Assembly: GCA_020852715.1 (NCBI GenBank)
Contig: JADZAE010000034.1
Span: 192,965-256,964 of the forward strand
Length of the DNA stretch: 64,000 bases
Direction of reading: 5' to 3'
Source of the DNA: Deltaproteobacteria bacterium
GTDB taxonomy: Bacteria > Bdellovibrionota_C > UBA2361 > SZUA-149 > JADZAE01
The position numbers were made by a program, and so were the translations under genes. The notes below the pieces were generated by a model. That model was not told the origin of the DNA. It did not search any database and saw nothing but the letters and a program-made list of their open reading frames with translations. This document shows positions 58,584 to 64,000 of the stretch, one piece after another (the stretch's first letter is position 1; each line of letters starts with the position of its first letter).

Positions 58584-59309
58584 ATGATTTATAAAATTAA
58601 AAACAAAATCACTAAAATGCTAAGCGACTTTTATCTAGGTCTTTTTGGCTACCCTTCTGCCGATTTTAGCGTTGACTACAATAAATATGGGCTTAAAAAA
58701 TTTCCGCAAGATCCCCACAATATCTCGGTATTCCGGAAAAAACGCGCCGAGCTGGTTAATAGCTTAATCAGCCCTAACTCCACTGTGCTCGACCTAGGTT
58801 GCGGCGACGGAGCAATCTTAATTTACATTGATGATCATAATCTCATCGACGGCACAGGAGTTGATATCACGGAGCAGAGCAAGGTAGCGCTTGGCGACCA
58901 TGACTTAAAATTCATCAAAGCCGACATCAGCGACCTAAAAAATACAACGCTGATCCCCGCAGCAGATCATGTTTTATTATTAGAACTAATCGAGCACTTC
59001 TCTAATCCCGAAGCACTACTTAGTGCCTACTTAGCCAAGGCAAATAAGGGTGTAATCTTCTCTGTTCCTAACACAGGCTTTGTGCTTCATCGCCTGCGCC
59101 TCTTGTTCGGCCGCTTTCCTCTGCAATGGCAGCTCTACCCCGGGGAGCACTTAAGATTCTGGACAATTAAAGACATGCACTGGTGGCTTAAAAAGCAAGG
59201 CTTTCAAAATGCCCAATGTCATTACTATCGCGGCGTGCCTGTATTAAATAACCTTTGGCCTAATCTTTTTGCCGCCGGCATCATAGTTCAGATCCCTAGC
59301 GAAAAATAA
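58584..59309 (+). CDS. MetW-like SAM-dependent methyltransferase
   Basis: VLDLGCGDGAIL and a C-terminal FSVPNTGFVLHRLRLLFGRFP...LRFWTIKDMHWWL that resembles the MetW C-terminal region. Confidence 0.65.
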   Translation: MIYKIKNKITKMLSDFYLGLFGYPSADFSVDYNKYGLKKFPQDPHNISVFRKKRAELVNSLISPNSTVLDLGCGDGAILIYIDDHNLIDGTGVDITEQSKVALGDHDLKFIKADISDLKNTTLIPAADHVLLLELIEHFSNPEALLSAYLAKANKGVIFSVPNTGFVLHRLRLLFGRFPLQWQLYPGEHLRFWTIKDMHWWLKKQGFQNAQCHYYRGVPVLNNLWPNLFAAGIIVQIPSEK

Positions 59310-59315
59310 ATTTAT

Positions 59316-59356
59316 AGCCATACTTTAGATTTACAATATAAATCTAAAGTATGGCT
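59316..59356 (-). terminator. Strong hairpin (18-bp perfect stem, 5-nt loop) between convergent genes. Likely intrinsic terminator for the minus-strand giant gene.
   Basis: AGCCATACTTTAGATTTA-caata-TAAATCTAAAGTATGGCT. On the minus strand it is followed by a T-rich run (reverse complement of aaaaataaatttata). Confidence 0.65.
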
Positions 59357-59464
59357 AATGATTGTCATTATAAAATCAAATGCTTACCACTAATTCATTA
59401 AGTTTTACCGGGACGATTACATATCTATATTGGATGTGATCAAAACAAGAAGGATTAGTGAATC

Positions 59465-62400
59465 CTAGCGCGCTTGTTGCAAGGTTTGTAAAGCCGCTTC
59501 GATGGCTTTTAGGCGTTCGTCTTGTTGAGAAATTTGCAGGCGCTGTTTTTCGATTTCTTCTTTCTGTTTGGTGATTTCTTCATTTTGCTTAGCTAGGTCT
59601 TCTTTTTGCTGCGCAATGACCTTTTGTTGTTCTTGCAGGGCCGATACCAGTATTGCCTCCATACCGCTAGGATTATAGGTTAAGTAGCCATTAGGATCAG
59701 TGCCAATAAATTCCGGTATTATCTTTTCTACTTCTTGGGCGATAAAACCATAATGCTCTTTTTCATTTTCACCGCCGTATAACTCTTTCATCTTGTCGTT
59801 ATATTTAAACTTAACCGGATTTAAAGCGAGCACTTTAGCCAAGCCATCATTAACCTCGCCTAATATATTTTTTAACCTGCCATCAGATGTTGCCGCCCAG
59901 GTATTTCCGCCTTCGGTCTTATAAGCATCCCCCACTACATGCAAAGCCTGAGAGGGAGTATTGGTGCCAATACCAACCTCATTATCTGCGGCATCGACAT
60001 ACAAAGTATTGGAATCAACATTAAGACCGCCAAAGGCCACAGTAGAGGTAGTCGTTAAATGTTGGCCGGTATTATATGCTAGCTGCGTATCACCTACAGA
60101 ATCAGCAGTGATCGAGACGGTCACCGTATCTGTCGCTCCCGCACTCGTTGTTATACCGGTGCCTGCCGCAATCGTAACAGTATCGCCATTGGCAATTGTC
60201 TGAGTAGAACCGCTAGTGCCCGCTAGCTGAAAACTGCTCATGCCGCTTTGCGCCGAAGCACAAGTAAATGCACCGGTCGAATCAATATTAGAAATACCGT
60301 AAGTGCAAGGACCACCATCAAAGAAATTAGAAGCATCGGCACTGTCATAGAGATTATCCAGCTCCGCACCGCCAACAACCTCTAACTTACTAGTTGGCCC
60401 ATTTGTTCCCACACCAACATTACCCGTCCCATTTGGCATAAGAGCAATATGCTGATTGGAAACTGTCGTAATATCGTTTGTCACGCCAGAGAAAACTAAG
60501 CTGCCGGTCATGGTATCACCAGCATCTAAAACGAAGGCGGCCGCATGTGAACCATCAACAGTATCGGCATCTACTGATCCGCCAGTCCCGGCGGCTGACC
60601 AGCTTAGAGCTCCGCTGCTGTTGGAAGTTAAATATGCCGAGGCTGCTGGTTTTGCGCTTGGTAAGGTGTAAGTTGTGCTTTCGGACATCGCCGCATTCGG
60701 CTGGAAAACGACGTTGTAGTCTGTCGCACCTTGTTCTGAGTATATTGTCAGTGATCCATCTGCACCGTTGCTACCCAACTGCAGAGCATTATTCACTGTC
60801 AGCGTCTTGGTAACGACTGTGCTGCCTACTCCGACATTACCCGTAACTACTAAATCTCTAATCGCTCCGGTATTACCAATGCCCACATTACCTGTTCCGG
60901 CAGGAACTAACAGCAGATCTTCATTTCCCGCGGTGACAATGTCAGAAACAGCACCATTTAAAGTAAGCGCTCCCGACACCTGCAGCTTTGTTGTTGGCAT
61001 GGTAGTACCAATACCAACATTTTCACTGCTATTAATAGTTACAGCAATAGCATCCGAGCCATCGCTGATGCCGCTATCTGCTAAATTTGCACCGCTGTGC
61101 TTTACTAGGCGATTATCTGTTGTGGCAGTGATATTATGGCCATCGACTGACGTCGCGTCACCGGCAAATGTAGTTGCCGTTAAAGTTCCAGAACTTGGAT
61201 TAAACGTTAGTTTGCTAGAAGAAACTTTCTGCGCCTGATTTCCGGATGCTGTCGTAACCCAAGTAGGATACATTGTGGCGTTCGTGGTCGTATCATCAGT
61301 AATCGCCGTATTCGTTGCATTAGTCGCTGTGGTCGCCGTGTCCGCATTGCCGATTAAGGATCCAATAAAACTTGTCGCGTTAACTGAACCATTTACTTCC
61401 AACTTCTGCGTTGGCGCAGTAGTACCAATACCGACATTTCCCGTGCCGTTTGGCATAAGAGCAAGATGCTGATTAAGGCCTGTCGTAATATCGTTTGTCA
61501 CGCTAGAGAAAACTATATTTGAGTTGGCGCCAGACATGGTTAAGGCACCGGTCATGGTATCACCAGCATCTAAAACGAAGGCGGCCGCATGTGAACCATC
61601 AACAGTATCGGCATCTAGCCCGCCACCCGAACCTTCCGCCGTAAACGTAAGTCCATGCACATTGCTCGTCGCGGTACTGTGACTAGCAGCACTGTCCCAA
61701 TTTGCGCTGTTATCAGTGATTGTAGAGTAAGTACTAGCGCCCGTTCGTTTTAATAGCCCCGTCGTGCTAAATGTTCCATCCAGCTCATCACCGCTAACTG
61801 TATCATTAGTAGAATCAATACCATCAGCATCCAAGAAACCGGTCTTTAATACTGATGTGGTAGCACCATCGCAATATTCGAGGGCACCGCTATCTAAAAC
61901 TTGCATTTTGCCTTGGTTGCTAGCGCCGCAAGTTAAGCTAGTAGACCCACCATCTGTTAAGAAAGCTGCCTCCGTGGAAGCAGTGTTCACAGTAGGAGTC
62001 CAGCCTTCTCCCGCTGACCCGGAGACCACAATACCAGCTCCACCTGTAACACTAAGAACATAATTTCCGGTGGTATCAGTTCCTAAGGCAACAGCATTAG
62101 CCGCAATGGCAACAGTTCCCGTTGTGCCAATAGTCGCATCACCATTCATCGTTACTAGTGCCGGCGCATAAGGACTAGCTCCAGTAACAAAAACTTGACC
62201 AGAGGCAGTTCCATTAGACAAAGAAACTGTCTTTGTTGCACCTTCTCCATCCGCTCCGCTCACGGTAATCTGCCCCATAGTTCCGGCAACTGTTGCCACG
62301 TAGTTACCAGTTGTATCTGTAGTTAGCGCTACAGCATCGTTAGCGATAGTAGCACCGACAGATCCGGGACCACTAGCAGTAACATCACCGGTTAGCGCAG

Positions 62401-64000
62401 TAATATAATTGCCGCTGGCTTGCTTACTATTAAACGTGGTCCAGTCGCCTGAGCTTAAGTAACCATTAGTCGAACCATTAGCCTGCGTTATGGAAAGCGC
62501 TCCGGCAGCCGATAAAGACAGTGGGGCACTGGCACTTACAGCTACAGTTCCTGAAGCATCAGGTATAGTAATCGTTCTATCCGCGGTCGGATCTGTTACC
62601 GTGACTAATGTTTCATTGGCATTTGCTGTAGCACCTTCGAAGATCAGTCCTGTTGTGGCAAATGCTGCATAGTTAGCAGTTAAAGCCGGGTCGGCAGCCA
62701 AGGTTGCTGTGCGATCCAGCGTTAAAGTCGGGTTTCCGGAAACACCGTTACCGTTGGAAACAGCAACATCAAACGTCGTTCCGGTTAGGGTGCGGCCGGT
62801 AAAGGTATCAGCGGCTGTTTGTGTTAATAAGCCGTTAGTGTTGTATGAAGCTAAAGCGCTTAAAGTGGCATCGCTTGCTTGATACCCTGAGTGTCCGTGT
62901 CCACCCGCACAAAAATAACCGCTATCACAATCACCGGTAGCGTCTCCGGTTATCGTATAGGCGGTTGTCCCGCTACCGCTACAACTGGTAGCAGCATTGG
63001 TACATGTTAAAGTGCTTAACTCATTGGTCGTGCTGCCATCAACTTCAGTAGCGCTGATAGTCAAAGTATCGCTCGCGGCATTTCCGGTAATAGAAACGAT
63101 TCCACCAGCAGCTAAGGTCAGAGTATCGGTTGTGCTGTCGGCTACCGGATCTGTGCCCGCTGGTGCGTCAAAAGTCTGGAAGATATTCTGCAACTCATTG
63201 CTCGTGCTGCCATCAACTTCAGTAGCGCTGATGGTTATAGTGTCAGTGGAGGAGTCACCGGTTACCGTAACTATGCCACCACCACTTAGGTTTAATGTGT
63301 CTGTTGTGCTGTCAGCTACGGGATCTGTACCGGAAGAAGCATTGATTGTTTCAAATAGATTCTGGCTATAGGCGCTATGTGTATGGCCGCTGGAAGCAAA
63401 AGCTCCCGAATCCAGGCCGTCTAACAAATCAGCGTTAAGGTTGGTGTTAAGCGTAGTTGAGGTGATAGCAAATGGCGATGTGCCGTTGGCCACAGTGGAA
63501 GTGTAGCGCGTGGCTGAAACTAGGCCATTAACGGTCAAATCCTTACTGACTGCTGTCGTGCCAATGGCGACATTGCCTAATAAGCTCGCATCGCCGCTGA
63601 CACTTAGAGTGTTGCTTAAAGTAGTGGTGCCCGTAACATTAGCCGTTCCGGCTACAGACAACTTGTAATCAGGCGCAGTGGTGCCAATACCAACATTTGT
63701 TCCGTTGTCATAAATAATAGAATCGCCAACGCTTCCCGAGCCGAAAAATTTGGTGACATAGTTAAGCGTTCCGCTTCCGGTTATTCCCGTCAGGTCAGTG
63801 TCACAACTCCACGTTCCGTTTGTACCATTATAAAGAAGCTTATCTCCGGCTCCGGAACAATTGGAGCTATAGTTGATAGATACCGTCGGAGCCGGGCCTG
63901 TTGAATTGCTTACCGAGATACCGTTTCCGGCATTAACATCGGTTAAGTCACCGCCGGCGTCGCCGGTGATAGAATCCCAACTAAGCACACCGTTAGCGCC
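59465..64000 (-). CDS. Giant tail-fibre-like surface protein with C-terminal S74-type intramolecular chaperone domain (N-terminus lies beyond the window end)
   Basis: ORF open at the window edge (more than 1507 aa). Recurrent [13 protein letters not shown] repeats. Gly/Thr/Ser/Ala-rich beta-strand composition. C-terminal ...[12 protein letters not shown]...NPVKFKYN...[13 protein letters not shown] and a final coiled coil, matching the autoproteolytic chaperone domain of phage tailspike/endosialidase-type proteins. Confidence 0.75.
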   Translation of the reverse strand, partial: GANGVLSWDSITGDAGGDLTDVNAGNGISVSNSTGPAPTVSINYSSNCSGAGDKLLYNGTNGTWSCDTDLTGITGSGTLNYVTKFFGSGSVGDSIIYDNGTNVGIGTTAPDYKLSVAGTANVTGTTTLSNTLSVSGDASLLGNVAIGTTAVSKDLTVNGLVSATRYTSTVANGTSPFAITSTTLNTNLNADLLDGLDSGAFASSGHTHSAYSQNLFETINASSGTDPVADSTTDTLNLSGGGIVTVTGDSSTDTITISATEVDGSTSNELQNIFQTFDAPAGTDPVADSTTDTLTLAAGGIVSITGNAASDTLTISATEVDGSTTNELSTLTCTNAATSCSGSGTTAYTITGDATGDCDSGYFCAGGHGHSGYQASDATLSALASYNTNGLLTQTAADTFTGRTLTGTTFDVAVSNGNGVSGNPTLTLDRTATLAADPALTANYAAFATTGLIFEGATANANETLVTVTDPTADRTITIPDASGTVAVSASAPLSLSAAGALSITQANGSTNGYLSSGDWTTFNSKQASGNYITALTGDVTASGPGSVGATIANDAVALTTDTTGNYVATVAGTMGQITVSGADGEGATKTVSLSNGTASGQVFVTGASPYAPALVTMNGDATIGTTGTVAIAANAVALGTDTTGNYVLSVTGGAGIVVSGSAGEGWTPTVNTASTEAAFLTDGGSTSLTCGASNQGKMQVLDSGALEYCDGATTSVLKTGFLDADGIDSTNDTVSGDELDGTFSTTGLLKRTGASTYSTITDNSANWDSAASHSTATSNVHGLTFTAEGSGGGLDADTVDGSHAAAFVLDAGDTMTGALTMSGANSNIVFSSVTNDITTGLNQHLALMPNGTGNVGIGTTAPTQKLEVNGSVNATSFIGSLIGNADTATTATNATNTAITDDTTTNATMYPTWVTTASGNQAQKVSSSKLTFNPSSGTLTATTFAGDATSVDGHNITATTDNRLVKHSGANLADSGISDGSDAIAVTINSSENVGIGTTMPTTKLQVSGALTLNGAVSDIVTAGNEDLLLVPAGTGNVGIGNTGAIRDLVVTGNVGVGSTVVTKTLTVNNALQLGSNGADGSLTIYSEQGATDYNVVFQPNAAMSESTTYTLPSAKPAASAYLTSNSSGALSWSAAGTGGSVDADTVDGSHAAAFVLDAGDTMTGSLVFSGVTNDITTVSNQHIALMPNGTGNVGVGTNGPTSKLEVVGGAELDNLYDSADASNFFDGGPCTYGISNIDSTGAFTCASAQSGMSSFQLAGTSGSTQTIANGDTVTIAAGTGITTSAGATDTVTVSITADSVGDTQLAYNTGQHLTTTSTVAFGGLNVDSNTLYVDAADNEVGIGTNTPSQALHVVGDAYKTEGGNTWAATSDGRLKNILGEVNDGLAKVLALNPVKFKYNDKMKELYGGENEKEHYGFIAQEVEKIIPEFIGTDPNGYLTYNPSGMEAILVSALQEQQKVIAQQKEDLAKQNEEITKQKEEIEKQRLQISQQDERLKAIEAALQTLQQAR

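Noticed and set aside
59961-63371. Plus-strand ORFs of 60-156 aa inside the giant tail-fibre-like gene
   Set aside because: They lie opposite a repeat-rich Gly/Thr/Ser coding region. Their Pro/Val/Thr/Leu-rich translations are the expected antisense artefact.
1-64000. CRISPR arrays, rRNA and tRNA genes
   Set aside because: No regularly spaced direct repeats, no rRNA-like conserved stretches, and no tRNA-like T-loop (GGTTCGAATCC-type) sequences were found in the intergenic regions examined by eye. A tRNA scan was not run.

Overview
This 64 kb window is a chromosomal segment from a low-GC bacterium (by eye about 40-45% GC, likely uncultured; phylum not assignable from sequence alone). It mixes housekeeping genes with several accessory or novel regions. 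Calls rest on visible protein motifs; no database search or HMM was run.

Housekeeping genes recognised: a conserved minus-strand block secA-efp-accB-accC, PBP1A, alr, a chromosomal ParB/Spo0J, glmU-glmS, ddh, a cyclophilin PPIase, an ADP-forming acetyl-CoA synthetase (fused alpha/beta) and a NUDIX hydrolase. There are also two cell-envelope glycan modules: GT2 glycosyltransferases with a polytopic membrane protein, and a Wzm/Wzt-type ABC exporter. A conserved four-gene ABC/GldG-like/DUF4340 module is present.

Most interesting observations:
1. A dispersed repeat family has termini almost identical (18/19 nt) to the Tn5/IS50 outside end. It carries an internal remnant resembling the C-terminus of the Tn5 transposase. 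The family appears as MITE-like elements at 33.5-34.0 kb and 51.08-51.43 kb, with solo or variant ends at 7.5, 12.4 and 43.6 kb.
2. The 43.6-51.4 kb interval is bracketed by inverted copies of that end. It carries four genes of unknown function: two paralogous acidic secreted proteins, a large Cys/Trp-rich secreted protein, and a 14-TM membrane protein. This is my best candidate for an undescribed mobile surface or secretion module.
3. A 947-aa subtilase homologue has all three catalytic residues substituted (Asp->Gly, His->Arg, Ser->Val). It is fused to FG-GAP-like beta-propeller repeats. A truncated paralogue and a 765-aa all-repeat paralogue lie nearby.
4. A protein of more than 1500 aa (partial) has phage-tail-fibre-like repeats and a C-terminal S74-type intramolecular chaperone domain (SDGRLK motif).
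5. A GC-rich, frameshifted HAD-hydrolase pseudogene looks like a foreign fragment.

No rRNA, tRNA or CRISPR array was recognised.
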